Shown here in pieces: positions 50,611 through 61,020 of a DNA stretch of 64,000 bases. The notes under the pieces were generated by a model. That model saw nothing but the letters and a program-made list of their open reading frames with translations. It had not been told where the DNA came from and made no database searches. The DNA lies in assembly GCA_051531975.1 (NCBI GenBank), contig JAOPTT010000008.1, positions 1 to 64,000 on the forward strand, given 5' to 3'. Both the position numbers and the translations under genes were made by a program. The DNA is from Spirochaetaceae bacterium. GTDB taxonomy: Bacteria; Spirochaetota; Spirochaetia; DSM-2461. The first letter of the stretch is position 1; every line of letters starts with the position of its first letter.

Positions 50611-51123
50611 CTAAGGAAGAGATTTATTATATTTATTATTGTAAGTAGAAATTAAAAATAACCGAATATCAAATTCTAATTGGTAATAATTAGGTAACAT
50701 ATAGGAACATAACTTGTAGAATTCTTTGTTATGCTCTTTAACTTTTAAATGAGCTAACTCATGGACGATTATCATATCTAACAATTCTAGTGGTGCAGAT
50801 TTAAAAATAGATGCTATTCTAATTTCATTTGTAGATTTTAATTTACGACCTTGTACTGTAGAAGTTCTACTGTTAAAACCTAAAGCTTTGTAAGTTCTCT
50901 CTATATCATCATCAAATAAAACTCTATGAAGTGGTTTTGCTTTTTTCATATATAATTTTTTTAATTTATTTGTATAACTATAAAGTGCTTTATTATTTTT
51001 AACTTCATGTGTATCAGGATATTTCTGTAATAAATATTGATGTAACTTCCCTGTATTAATTAATTCTTCAACTTTAGAAATTACATCATCAGAATATCCT
51101 GATAGTATTGAAATATCAGACAG
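50611..51123 (-). CDS. YgjP/DUF45-family HExxH metallohydrolase
   Basis: EIRIAS.F..AP, IIVHELAHLKVKEHNKEFY; start uncertain (CTG 51123 or TTG 51150). Confidence 0.82.
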   Translation of the reverse strand: MSDISILSGYSDDVISKVEELINTGKLHQYLLQKYPDTHEVKNNKALYSYTNKLKKLYMKKAKPLHRVLFDDDIERTYKALGFNSRTSTVQGRKLKSTNEIRIASIFKSAPLELLDMIIVHELAHLKVKEHNKEFYKLCSYMLPNYYQLEFDIRLFLISTYNNKYNKSLP

Positions 51124-52438
51124 TTTTTTTTCCTGATAGAAAATAACCAACTAATATAGTGAGTAATAAAATTATAGAAAATATTATAAACATATCTTTT
51201 TGCATAGCTCCCCATATTATATATAAAGATCCAGCTGTAGCCAATAAAGGAGCAATAAATCTTGCAAATATATTTAATTCTTTAAAAGTTCTTATTACCC
51301 ATATATAAATTGCAATGTATATTAAATAAAGATAAGCAATTGGTAATTCTGATATATCCATAAATCCACCAAACCAACCAGCAAAGTTACCATACCATAC
51401 TGTTAGCCAAACTAAAGAGATAACAAAAGCTACAATTCCTGAATTTACACAACTATTTGTTTTAGGATTAATCTTTTTAAAAAGATCTCTTTTAACGCCC
51501 ATATCCCTAACTGCAATTGAGTAATAACCTCTTGTTGCACCCATTATAATACCATTTAATGTTCCTAAACATGAGATCACCACAAATACTGTTAATACAG
51601 TTCCTGCAATATCACCTAGAAATTTTGATATTACAATAATTGGTGAGTCGTCTCCATATTGTAAAACTTCCTGATTTGTTAATACTCCTGATATTCCTAA
51701 ATAATATAGAATATATATACACATAACAAAAATTGTTCCAAAGACAAGTGCTCTTGGTAGTGTTTTTTTTGCATCTTTAATCTCTGAATTTATTGTTGTT
51801 GCTATGATCCATCCTTCATAAGCAAAAGCCGTGGATAACGTTGCTACAGCTAATCCACCACCAGTTGATACTGATATGGCACTCTCTTTAAAGCTTTCTA
51901 TAGATTGACCAGATACTAAACCATAAATTAATCCTACGATACCTATCGTTGCTAATGGTATTAACTTAATGATTGTTGTACTAATTTGAAATTTCCCTGC
52001 TATTACAGGAGATAGAATATTTAATAAGTAGAAAAGAGCTAAATAGCTAAAAGATATAATCCATATTGCACTTTCGATGTTAAATAGGGTGCAAGTATAA
52101 CGTGCTGCAACCCAAGCTAATACTGCTGCTAATGTGGTATAGTACATATTAGACATAAACCAAGCTATGTAGTAACCTGCTTTTTTCCCATATGCAGCTT
52201 CAAAGTAATCCACAATACCATTTATTTTCTCTACTTTTGTCGCTATTTTAGAAAAAACATATGCAGTAACCACCATAATGATTCCACCAATTAACCACGC
52301 AATAATAGCAACAGGTAGTGACCCACCTGAAGCTTTTAATACATCATCCGCCTTAAAAAAAACTCCAGAACCTATAACTATTCCTATAACCATAGCAGTA
52401 GTTGTCCAGAAACCATATTTCTTCACTAATTCATTCAT
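51116..52438 (-). CDS. APC family amino acid permease
   Basis: IGIVIGSGVFFK, FAYEGW, many TM helices. Confidence 0.9.
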   Translation of the reverse strand: MNELVKKYGFWTTTAMVIGIVIGSGVFFKADDVLKASGGSLPVAIIAWLIGGIIMVVTAYVFSKIATKVEKINGIVDYFEAAYGKKAGYYIAWFMSNMYYTTLAAVLAWVAARYTCTLFNIESAIWIISFSYLALFYLLNILSPVIAGKFQISTTIIKLIPLATIGIVGLIYGLVSGQSIESFKESAISVSTGGGLAVATLSTAFAYEGWIIATTINSEIKDAKKTLPRALVFGTIFVMCIYILYYLGISGVLTNQEVLQYGDDSPIIVISKFLGDIAGTVLTVFVVISCLGTLNGIIMGATRGYYSIAVRDMGVKRDLFKKINPKTNSCVNSGIVAFVISLVWLTVWYGNFAGWFGGFMDISELPIAYLYLIYIAIYIWVIRTFKELNIFARFIAPLLATAGSLYIIWGAMQKDMFIIFSIILLLTILVGYFLSGKKTV

Positions 52439-52553
52439 AAGCACTAACATACTACATATATTACGTTTTGCGCAATAATAATATGCATATTATGATTTAT
52501 ACGAATAACAAATATAAAATCCATTGATAAACGTAATTACTAATTTTTTAAGT

Positions 52554-52793
52554 CTATATTACTATTAGTTCAACTTTTGTATCGCTTATAGCTTCAATCT
52601 TAGATTTTTTTTCAGCACCAAATTCTTTTTTTGTTACTTGTAATACTATTAAACCCTTAGATGATGCCTCATCGTAATCGTGTAGTCCTAGTCTAACTTT
52701 TATAGCTTTTCCATACTCAGTTAATACTTTTTGAACTTCTACAGCTGATTCATCTCTGTTTCCAACTTTAATTAATACTATGTAGTTTTCCAT
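52554..52793 (-). CDS. Small ACT-like protein (TM1266-like)
   Basis: VQKVLTEYG..IKVRLGLH motif. Confidence 0.6.
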   Translation of the reverse strand: MENYIVLIKVGNRDESAVEVQKVLTEYGKAIKVRLGLHDYDEASSKGLIVLQVTKKEFGAEKKSKIEAISDTKVELIVI

Positions 52794-52863
52794 TTAATTC
52801 CCCTTATATATCGACAATTGTAGTTCAATTTAACTTTATTACGATAGATAAATTATTATGTGG

Positions 52864-52895
52864 AAAAATAAAGGCAAGGGAGAGTTCCCCCGCCT
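52864..52895 (-). terminator. Intrinsic terminator of the GH8 gene
   Basis: Minus strand GGCGGGGGA-ACTC-TCCCTTGCC-TTTATTTTT. Confidence 0.7.
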
Positions 52896-52919
52896 AATGA
52901 CTCAAGTTAATATTAATGA

Positions 52920-54470
52920 TTATTTATATGCTACAGATATTGCTGCACCTAGTCTTACAGTATCGTCAAAGTAATTATAAAATCCTTTGTCAGCATTTAC
53001 ACTCCCAATTTGATTCCACTTATCATCTCCACTAACAATGTCTGTTACATATAGACTCCAATAATTATTAAGAGCGATTTCATCATTTAATGCTTTTGCT
53101 GAAACCATAAACGGTGCATCAAATACCATTGAACCATAATCTGAATATGGAAGAACATTACCATCTAAGTCAAATCCAGCCATAACAGCTCCATCTGTTC
53201 TGTTTTCAGGTTTTTGTGCCCAAGCAAACCACTTAGTAATAACATCTTCAATTTTACTGTTCTTTACTCCAACTGCTAATGGTGCTGATATTCTCCATGG
53301 AGTTCTAGAAGCATTAAAATAATAGTTACCATCATTTTCACCTTCTAAGAAAGGCAAACTACCATTAGTAAATCCTAAACTTTTTGCTTCTTGAACCGAC
53401 GGAAGAGGTCTAGACCAAAGAGTATCTACACTACTTGAGTTTTCACTAAAATAAATAAAATCTGGGAGTAATCCGTCAACTGTTGCACAATCTTCAATTG
53501 CTTTAACTGTTGTATCGTAAACTTTCTGCCATGCATTTTTATGTGATGTATCAAATTTCTTAAATGCTAGAATATTTATTAGCTGAAAGTCACTTGTTCT
53601 TGCAACACGACTATAGTCAAAGTTCTCCCAGTTTTCTCCGTCGTATATATCCCCTTCTACATCCGTATCTCCAATTTTAAGATAATTAAATTTAGAATGA
53701 ACAACAAAAGTTCTAATAGCATCGATAGCTCTTTGTGCTGCTACACCATATTTACCATCACCCCATCCATTATCGTTAGCTAGAATTAATGCATATGCAA
53801 TATCTAAATCACCATCTGTAGCTGCATCAGATCCTTCAACTAAAATAGGTGATGTTGCTGTTGATCCTGGACTAGGCAGTAACATCTGTTTAGTTGGTCT
53901 TGATGTAGATGGGTCATAGGAAGGGAAATAATTTGATGATTTTTCACCATATTCAAAATCATTAAATCTTATAGCCCATTTCATGAAACCATTGTCATTT
54001 AAGAACTTAATGTAAAACTTATATAGTTCCTCAAAAAGAACTTCGTCCCCCATTTGGGCTGCTGCTAACATACCATAACCATGAGCTTCCGAAACAGTTA
54101 ATCTATTTGGATGATCTTCTGATCCACCATAGATTACTCCATTGGCATTAGAGCCTGTAAAAACTGTATTAGAACTGCCCTCTGCATCATTCCAAGACTG
54201 TGGACCATTATAATAAACATATGCATCAGAGTAGATCTGTTCTTGGTCAGTATCCAATTGCACTGTAGTAAATATGTATTTAGCCTTCCATGCTTCATAC
54301 AATACTTTTACTTCTGCAAGTTTTGTAGAATCAAAAACCATATCCGGTAGATCAGTTTCTACTACGGCTTCATCCATTGTAGTCTCTACCTTAGATAACA
54401 TTACACAACTATTTATTGTTAAAACAGTAATTCCAAAAGCTAAAAAGAGTTTTACAAAACCTTTATTCAT
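52920..54470 (-). CDS. Glycoside hydrolase family 8 lipoprotein
   Basis: TVSEAHGYGM and ATDGDLDIAYAL catalytic motifs, RTSDF, YFNASRTPWR; INSC lipobox. Confidence 0.88.
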   Translation of the reverse strand: MNKGFVKLFLAFGITVLTINSCVMLSKVETTMDEAVVETDLPDMVFDSTKLAEVKVLYEAWKAKYIFTTVQLDTDQEQIYSDAYVYYNGPQSWNDAEGSSNTVFTGSNANGVIYGGSEDHPNRLTVSEAHGYGMLAAAQMGDEVLFEELYKFYIKFLNDNGFMKWAIRFNDFEYGEKSSNYFPSYDPSTSRPTKQMLLPSPGSTATSPILVEGSDAATDGDLDIAYALILANDNGWGDGKYGVAAQRAIDAIRTFVVHSKFNYLKIGDTDVEGDIYDGENWENFDYSRVARTSDFQLINILAFKKFDTSHKNAWQKVYDTTVKAIEDCATVDGLLPDFIYFSENSSSVDTLWSRPLPSVQEAKSLGFTNGSLPFLEGENDGNYYFNASRTPWRISAPLAVGVKNSKIEDVITKWFAWAQKPENRTDGAVMAGFDLDGNVLPYSDYGSMVFDAPFMVSAKALNDEIALNNYWSLYVTDIVSGDDKWNQIGSVNADKGFYNYFDDTVRLGAAISVAYK

Positions 54471-54704
54471 TTATGTCTCCTACTTCATGCCTTCCGTACT
54501 TTCACGTTAAAGCACATTCTTAGACAGTATATAGCCACTTTTGTTTTCACGTCAAACCAATTTTATGATAATTTAAATTACCAAAGAATAACATGTGGTA
54601 ATATAGTTTCAGTAAAATAATAATTTACCACTTTATATATAGCTAAAAAAAATTATATGCTTACTAATACTAACAATATTAAAATAATTTCTTGGGAGGA
54701 AAAT

Positions 54705-55112
54705 ATGAATTATTCTGTAACAATTTATTCAATATTATTTAATAATAACAATGAATTTTTAACTCTTAAATATACAAATGGAGATTGGGCATTTCCTGGG
54801 GGACATTTAGAAAGTGGAGAGAACTGGAAAAAGGCTCTGTTAAGAGAAATTAATGAGGAGATAGGAGTTAAAGACAATAGTATTTCTATAATTCACCCTA
54901 TCTTTATTGATAATTGGCAATATGATCAAAAAGAGTATTTTGGGTCTGTTTTATTTGGGAAAATTTATTCTAATGATATTAAATTATCAGATGAACATTC
55001 AGAGTATAAATGGGTGAATCAAAAATCTTGTAGGAACTTAACACCTCAATATAGTACCTTTTTTGATATTGTTGATAACGCATATAAATACTTGGAACAA
55101 TCTAGAGACTAA
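54705..55112 (+). CDS. NUDIX hydrolase
   Basis: WAFPGGHLESGENWKKALLREINEEIG Nudix box; GGAGG RBS. Confidence 0.9.
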   Translation: MNYSVTIYSILFNNNNEFLTLKYTNGDWAFPGGHLESGENWKKALLREINEEIGVKDNSISIIHPIFIDNWQYDQKEYFGSVLFGKIYSNDIKLSDEHSEYKWVNQKSCRNLTPQYSTFFDIVDNAYKYLEQSRD

Positions 55113-55319
55113 CGTCCCCCATGACATTTAGAAACATAAAACAAACTGATTGAAGTATCAAATTCTCCAGCTCAAAAAATGCTAGAAAAAGGTGTTATCA
55201 TTAAAACAATATTGAGAATATAATTAACATAAGACTATAAAGTGACCTTAAATAAAATAATGCTTTTGTTATATATCAATTTAGAATAAACTTAAATAAA
55301 AGTAATTAAAGGATAATGT

Positions 55320-55760
55320 ATGAATAAAAAAGTATTTTTTTTGATGATCATAATAATTGGAGGCTCTCAACTCTTTTCAAGTTCATATACTGATAAAAAA
55401 ATTGCTAAATTTGTAGATGAACTAAAAGAACAAAAATATGAACTTGCAATTGTACACTTACTTGCAAACTCAGCCCTTGAAAGTATAGTAATAGATAATC
55501 AAAGTACAATGAAAGATTGGATTAATAAATTAGAATCAATTCATCAATATTATGGAGATTATTTAAGTTTTGAAAAAGTAAGCACTACAAAGTTAGGCGA
55601 ATTAGAACAAACCATATATTTAGTTTATTGTGAATTTTATGCAATACAAGTAATAATTGCAGAATATAATAATGGGAAACAAATAAATATAATTAATATG
55701 GAATTCGATGATGAAGTTATTGATACTTTAAATACATATGGGACTACTAAGTTACATTAA
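55320..55760 (+). CDS. Secreted hypothetical protein
   Basis: Signal peptide; YGDYLSFEKV. Confidence 0.6.
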   Translation: MNKKVFFLMIIIIGGSQLFSSSYTDKKIAKFVDELKEQKYELAIVHLLANSALESIVIDNQSTMKDWINKLESIHQYYGDYLSFEKVSTTKLGELEQTIYLVYCEFYAIQVIIAEYNNGKQINIINMEFDDEVIDTLNTYGTTKLH

Positions 55761-55769
55761 TAATTGTAA

Positions 55770-56417
55770 ATGGTTAAAATGCAATTTAAAGTACCTAATA
55801 GAATTAATAGAAATATAAAAAAACTCATCAAAAAAATTAATATTGAATCAAAAACTGAGTATATTACTGTAGAAACTGAGATCCTCAGCGATAATGAAGA
55901 TTGTTTTATGAATGTTAAAAATAAAATAAAGCGTGATGGTGGAGACATAAAATACGGTTGGCAAATAGTAGAAGATCCATTTTATTTAGAAGCAAAATAC
56001 TATTGTATTTGGGAAAGTCCTAATGGCAAACTGTTCGATATATCTCCTAGATCAAAGGGTTTTAAGAAAACCTTATTTGTCCATGACAGAGACAATATTA
56101 ATACAGGAATTAATACTAGAAGTATAAGAATTAATACATCTAAGAATCCTCTTGTAGATGACTTTTTAATAATGTTTAATACAATTGAATCAATCACAAA
56201 TTCATATAATATTAAAAATAACATTGTTGTATCTAGTTCATCAACAAACTATAACGACTTATACCATTATTTAATGAAAGCTAAAGGATTTTTATCCATA
56301 ATGATAATTAGTTCAGAATCAGATTTATCAATGAATTGTTACTGTGGTAGTGGTATTTCATATGAACAATGCCATAGACCTGAATTATTACATATATGTT
56401 CAGATATTATTGATTAA
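55770..56417 (+). CDS. SEC-C motif protein
   Basis: CFMNV..GG..YGW and C-terminal CYCGSGISYEQCH. Confidence 0.7.
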   Translation: MVKMQFKVPNRINRNIKKLIKKINIESKTEYITVETEILSDNEDCFMNVKNKIKRDGGDIKYGWQIVEDPFYLEAKYYCIWESPNGKLFDISPRSKGFKKTLFVHDRDNINTGINTRSIRINTSKNPLVDDFLIMFNTIESITNSYNIKNNIVVSSSSTNYNDLYHYLMKAKGFLSIMIISSESDLSMNCYCGSGISYEQCHRPELLHICSDIID

Positions 56418-56556
56418 TAAAAAGATGTTAGTGTAATTAATAGCAAACTTCTCGTAATACTTTCAGTTGTTAAAATATAATTTATATCAAATTGAAAAAA
56501 AAGATTGTTTACATACAGATTGTATTCTCTTAGTCTTTAAATCAAGGATGTAATAA

Positions 56557-57045
56557 TTGTTTTTAAAGCTAACTAAAGAAAAAATTGAATATATTTTTAA
56601 ATTTGTACTCTTCTATAATATATACAGTAATTTACTGATTGGTATCACTGCAATTATTATAGTATTGAATATTTGGATTATGGGGTTAGGTATTGGAAAT
56701 TATATACAACTCCTTATTCACTTAATTTCAATTGCACTGTCACTTTATTTACTTTTTAAAGCTATTCTAATTTCTTCAACCTACAAGAAAAAGTGGAAGT
56801 TTTATTCAATTACAAAATTAAAAATTAAACGAGATGGATTTAAACATACCTATTTTAAGTCTTCAATGTATGAACCATGTATGAGAATTATAACATGGGA
56901 TATTTTAAGGCAAAACAATTTGTCCTCTGAGTATACAAAAATAAAAGAATTATATTGCAAATTAGATTTCAATCTCGAAACAGAAAAAGACAAGTTAATA
57001 AAAGAGTTAAATATACTTGGTGCAGATAGCATTAAGTTTAATTAA
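56557..57045 (+). CDS. Hypothetical membrane protein
   Basis: Two TM segments; MYEPCMR. Confidence 0.55.
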   Translation: MFLKLTKEKIEYIFKFVLFYNIYSNLLIGITAIIIVLNIWIMGLGIGNYIQLLIHLISIALSLYLLFKAILISSTYKKKWKFYSITKLKIKRDGFKHTYFKSSMYEPCMRIITWDILRQNNLSSEYTKIKELYCKLDFNLETEKDKLIKELNILGADSIKFN

Positions 57046-57061
57046 AACATTGGAGGTTTTA

Positions 57062-57256
57062 ATGGCAAAACAATTTAAAGTAGAAACAATCAAGGCGGGG
57101 TTATTTACAGCAACACTTGAAGCTGAATCACTTGAGAAAACAATTGAAAAGATGAGTGCTGAGGGTTGGGATTTTAAAAACTGTCAGGATGTCGTAGGAA
57201 GAAGATGTGGATGTGTTCCATATCCAATAGTTTGGGCAATTTTTGAAAAAGGATGA
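57062..57256 (+). CDS. Small DUF4177-like protein
   Basis: GGAGG RBS; LEKTIEKMSAEGWD..IFEK. Confidence 0.65.
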   Translation: MAKQFKVETIKAGLFTATLEAESLEKTIEKMSAEGWDFKNCQDVVGRRCGCVPYPIVWAIFEKG

Positions 57257-57263
57257 TTGTATT

Positions 57264-57295
57264 TAAGGAGTTCTAAATTGAACTCCTTATTTTTT
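57264..57295 (+). terminator. Intrinsic terminator
   Basis: TAAGGAGTTC-N6-GAACTCCTTA-TTTTTT. Confidence 0.8.
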
Positions 57296-57299
57296 GGAA

Positions 57300-58412
57300 T
57301 TATGGGCTTAATTTATAAAGAGCACCCTGATTTTCATCTGTAAGAATATATATAACTCCATCAGGTCCTGATCTTACATCTCGGATTCTTCCTATTATAT
57401 TCTTTAATAAAACTTCCTGATGAATGACTGTATTACCCTCTACTTCAAGTCTACGTAGATGTTTTCCTGCCAGTGCTCCTACAAAAAGATTTCCTTTCCA
57501 TTTAGGAAATAAATTACCGTTGTAAAATGTCATACCTGACGGAGCAATTGAAGGTATCCAATAGATAACAGGTTGTTCCATACCAGGCAAAGATGTTTTA
57601 TTAGAAATAATAGTACCATTATAGTCTATACCGTAAGTTATCAGAGGCCACCCATAATTAGCACCAGGTTTTATTATATTTATTTCATCTCCACCTTTGG
57701 GTCCGTGTTCATGAAGCCAGATGTCACCTGTTAATTGATTAAGTACTATCCCCTGGGAGTTTCTATGACCGTAACTATAAATTTCAGGCAGATAATTATC
57801 ACTACCAAAGAATGGATTATCCTCTGGTGGATATCCATGGACATCAATTCGTATAACTGAACCCCCATGGTGTGCTAGATTCTGAGCATTCTCCATCTGC
57901 CCTCTTTCTCCTAGAGTTATATAGAGATAACCATCTGCTCCAAATACAAGCCTGGATCCAAAATGATAACCACCTGTACTTTTAGGTTCAGCTCTAAATA
58001 TAACTTTCATATTTTTCAATTTCCCATCTTCCAATACTGATTTGGCAACTACTGTACCATAAGTATCCCCTTGGGCTTCAACATAAGAAAAATATACTGT
58101 TTTATTTAAGAGAAAATCTGGATCAGATATGATATCCAACATTCCTCCCTGCCCTATAGCAGCAATTTGAGGTAAACCAATAATTTCTTGAAGATGATTA
58201 TCTTTATAAATGTATAACTTCCCCGGTCTTTCGGTTATTAGAATTCCTTGTTCTTCCGGGAGTACTGATAGTGACCAGGGATGCTCCAAATTGTCAACTA
58301 ATATGGAGATAGTAAAGTCTTCTTTTTCAGATACAAACTTTTTACCATTAATTCCCTGAGAGAAAAGAGTAGAGCTAAAAATTAGAAATATAACAATATT
58401 TACAACTTTCAT
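57300..58412 (-). CDS. PQQ-dependent soluble sugar dehydrogenase (GSDH/YliI-like)
   Basis: LEHPWS, GQGGMLD, HFGSRL, SYGHRN, EHGPKGGDEIN, NYGWP. Confidence 0.92.
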   Translation of the reverse strand: MKVVNIVIFLIFSSTLFSQGINGKKFVSEKEDFTISILVDNLEHPWSLSVLPEEQGILITERPGKLYIYKDNHLQEIIGLPQIAAIGQGGMLDIISDPDFLLNKTVYFSYVEAQGDTYGTVVAKSVLEDGKLKNMKVIFRAEPKSTGGYHFGSRLVFGADGYLYITLGERGQMENAQNLAHHGGSVIRIDVHGYPPEDNPFFGSDNYLPEIYSYGHRNSQGIVLNQLTGDIWLHEHGPKGGDEINIIKPGANYGWPLITYGIDYNGTIISNKTSLPGMEQPVIYWIPSIAPSGMTFYNGNLFPKWKGNLFVGALAGKHLRRLEVEGNTVIHQEVLLKNIIGRIRDVRSGPDGVIYILTDENQGALYKLSP

Positions 58413-58568
58413 AATTATAATTTAATAATAAAACAGTGGATATGCAAATATTAATTTCTATATTTTGATTTCGATATAAAAAATAGTAAGATATCATAAA
58501 CCAATAAATTATAGGTTATCTCAATTTAATCTATATATAATAGCGAAACCCAATATGGAGGACTGAAA

Positions 58569-58991
58569 ATGATTGAATACAAAACTGAGATAGACAACTC
58601 TGAATGGGATATACTTGTTGACCTTTATGATGAAACAAATATGTTCCTTGGCCTTGGAAGAAATCGGGATACTGATAAAATCCGCCGAGCTTATGAAAAA
58701 AGCTATAGATATGTAATAGCTTGGGATTCTAATAAAATAATTGGAGCTGGAAGGATGATCTCTGATGGGGAATGTTATGCCTGGATTCATGATGTAGCAG
58801 TTTTGTCTTCATATCGAAAACAAGGTATAGGACGTGGAATTCTGGATAAACTTATGGAAGGCAATGAAGGGTTATTAATTGGACTAACCTCTTCTTTTGA
58901 AGCGATAGATTTTTATTCAAAGTTAGGTTTCAATAAACACAAGACAGCTATGGCAAAATATCCAGGACGTTCAGATTATCTTGAATATTAA
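58569..58991 (+). CDS. GNAT N-acetyltransferase
   Basis: IHDVAV..YRKQGIG, FYSKLGF. Confidence 0.88.
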   Translation: MIEYKTEIDNSEWDILVDLYDETNMFLGLGRNRDTDKIRRAYEKSYRYVIAWDSNKIIGAGRMISDGECYAWIHDVAVLSSYRKQGIGRGILDKLMEGNEGLLIGLTSSFEAIDFYSKLGFNKHKTAMAKYPGRSDYLEY

Positions 58992-59022
58992 TTTTAAATC
59001 ATTTTAACTAGTTTTAATAATA

Positions 59023-59055
59023 GCAAAGCAGCATATAGATAAAATACTGCTTTGC
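59023..59055. terminator. Hairpin between convergent genes, likely terminator
   Basis: GCAAAGCAG..CTGCTTTGC. Confidence 0.55.
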
Positions 59056-59075
59056 CTCGTAATTTTGATAGTCCC

Positions 59076-61019
59076 TTATGAAACCATCCCCCTTTTACTC
59101 ATGATATATAGAGCTTTATTTAATGGATCTGGAAATATTTTTTTACTCTCCCTTTTTATATTTTCAACTGCAGCTGTATAACAGGAAAACCATGATACCA
59201 TTATCCCCTTTCCACTAGTGTAATCCGCTAATTCTATTGTGTAGTCCCTGGATGTTTCAACAGGAATTACACCTTGAATAGAGACAACTTCAGAAATTGT
59301 AACAGGGTCGCTAAACTCAGCTTTCATCTTTAATAAATCAGATACAGCCTTACCATAAAAGAGTTCAGGAACTTTCAATTCAAAATCCAGTACCGGCCAT
59401 AATAGTGTTGTTCCACCTTTATTTAAAGCTTCAAGAACAAGCATAGGTGCAACATCCCTAAAATCTGATGGGGTTGTTGGTGGTTTATATTCTACCTTTG
59501 TTACTGTAACAATAAGGTCCGTAACCTGCCATCCTTTTAATCCCTGCCTAACAGCAGATTTTATACCGTCATCTATCCCATGCCACATAGGTGTTGGCAG
59601 ATTACTAGTTCGAACCTCACGATTTATCTTTAAACCGGACCCCTGTTCTGCCTTTTCAACTCTTAAACCCAATGTTACCCAATATGGATTTCCATCATGT
59701 AGCATCTCCATAACGGCTTCCCCAGAACCTACTGGAGTTTCCTTATAAATTACCATCTGCTCAAGGATTTCCACTTCCACATCATATGATTCAAGTAGAA
59801 TATCCTTTACTATATCGATCTGAACCTCTCCGAAGAAATTTAAATATATCTCCTCATGACCCTCATGAAGTTCATATTCTAAAAAGGGATCCCCCTCAGC
59901 TATTTTATTGACACCTTGAACAAGGGCAGATTTCTGGTCTGGGTTAATTGCTTTAATTCCTGCTTTTAGGGTTGGAGTACCAAGAGAGATGTGTTTCATA
60001 TTATGAACATTCCCTATGACATCTCCAATTTTTAAATCTACCCCATAGATAATTCCAATATCTCCCTTAAGTAGATAGTCACAACTAATTTCTTTCCCAC
60101 CTTGAAGAATCTCGATTTTACTAATTTTTGACTCCTCTACGATGTCCCTGATACTTAATTTGCCACATTCCAATTTAATATAGAACTTTTTAATACCCTT
60201 TTTTGTCCGCGTTATTTTGAAAACTTTAAAACCTACTTCACCAGAATCACTCATCAAAGTTGCAGGAAGAAATAGTTCAATTGCTTCCACGAGCTCTTCT
60301 ATACCTTTTCCAGATAAAGCACTTCCAAAAAGAAGAGGATATACAATTCCCTTCTTTGAAAATTTGACTATAGATTTAGTTAAGCTTTGTATTGGGATTT
60401 TTCTATCATTAACATAATCATCTAAAATTTTAATATCATGATCTGCAATAATATCAATAGCTTTTTTTTTATCATTACAAAACAGTTTAGAAACCTCTGC
60501 ATCTTTTGAGCCCTCTGAAAAAACCTCTTGGAGAGATATAACATTTTTGGATAGAGATTTTTTTACTTCAGATATTACAGCTGTTGTATCAGAACCAAGG
60601 CGATCTATTTTATTTATGAAAATAATAAATGGAATACCTAGTTTTTTAAGAGAATGAAATAACAGATAAGTATGAGCCTGTACTCCCTCTTTTGCTGAAA
60701 GGACTAAAATTGCTCCATCTAATACAGTCATAGATCTTTCAACTTCTGCTACAAAATCTGTATGCCCAGGTGTGTCGATGAGATTGACTTTAATGTCATT
60801 TATTGGGAAAGATACAGGTTGGGCCTGAATAGTGATTCCACGCTTTTTTTCCTGTGACATGGAGTCTGTAATTGTATCTCCATGATCTACTCTTCCTGTT
60901 TTATTGATTACACCCATTGTATATAAAAGGTGTTCTGTAATTGTGGTTTTGCCTGCATCTACATGGGCAAAAATTCCAATATTTAATACTTTTTGATTAA
61001 CTTTATATGTAGTAACCAT
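59076..61019 (-). CDS. Tetracycline ribosomal protection-type GTPase (TetB(P)/TetM/Otr family)
   Basis: NIGIFAHVDAGKTT, TDSMSQEKKRGITI, DTPGH.DF, NKID, NPYWVTLGL, QGLKGWQVTD, TPSDFR; 647 aa. Confidence 0.85.
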   Translation of the reverse strand: MVTTYKVNQKVLNIGIFAHVDAGKTTITEHLLYTMGVINKTGRVDHGDTITDSMSQEKKRGITIQAQPVSFPINDIKVNLIDTPGHTDFVAEVERSMTVLDGAILVLSAKEGVQAHTYLLFHSLKKLGIPFIIFINKIDRLGSDTTAVISEVKKSLSKNVISLQEVFSEGSKDAEVSKLFCNDKKKAIDIIADHDIKILDDYVNDRKIPIQSLTKSIVKFSKKGIVYPLLFGSALSGKGIEELVEAIELFLPATLMSDSGEVGFKVFKITRTKKGIKKFYIKLECGKLSIRDIVEESKISKIEILQGGKEISCDYLLKGDIGIIYGVDLKIGDVIGNVHNMKHISLGTPTLKAGIKAINPDQKSALVQGVNKIAEGDPFLEYELHEGHEEIYLNFFGEVQIDIVKDILLESYDVEVEILEQMVIYKETPVGSGEAVMEMLHDGNPYWVTLGLRVEKAEQGSGLKINREVRTSNLPTPMWHGIDDGIKSAVRQGLKGWQVTDLIVTVTKVEYKPPTTPSDFRDVAPMLVLEALNKGGTTLLWPVLDFELKVPELFYGKAVSDLLKMKAEFSDPVTISEVVSIQGVIPVETSRDYTIELADYTSGKGIMVSWFSCYTAAVENIKRESKKIFPDPLNKALYIMSKRGMVS

Positions 61020-61020
61020 T

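Noticed and set aside
59076..61019. Calling the GTPase fusA (EF-G) or a specific tet class
   Set aside because: Motifs fit ribosomal protection proteins rather than EF-G; class assignment needs an identity search
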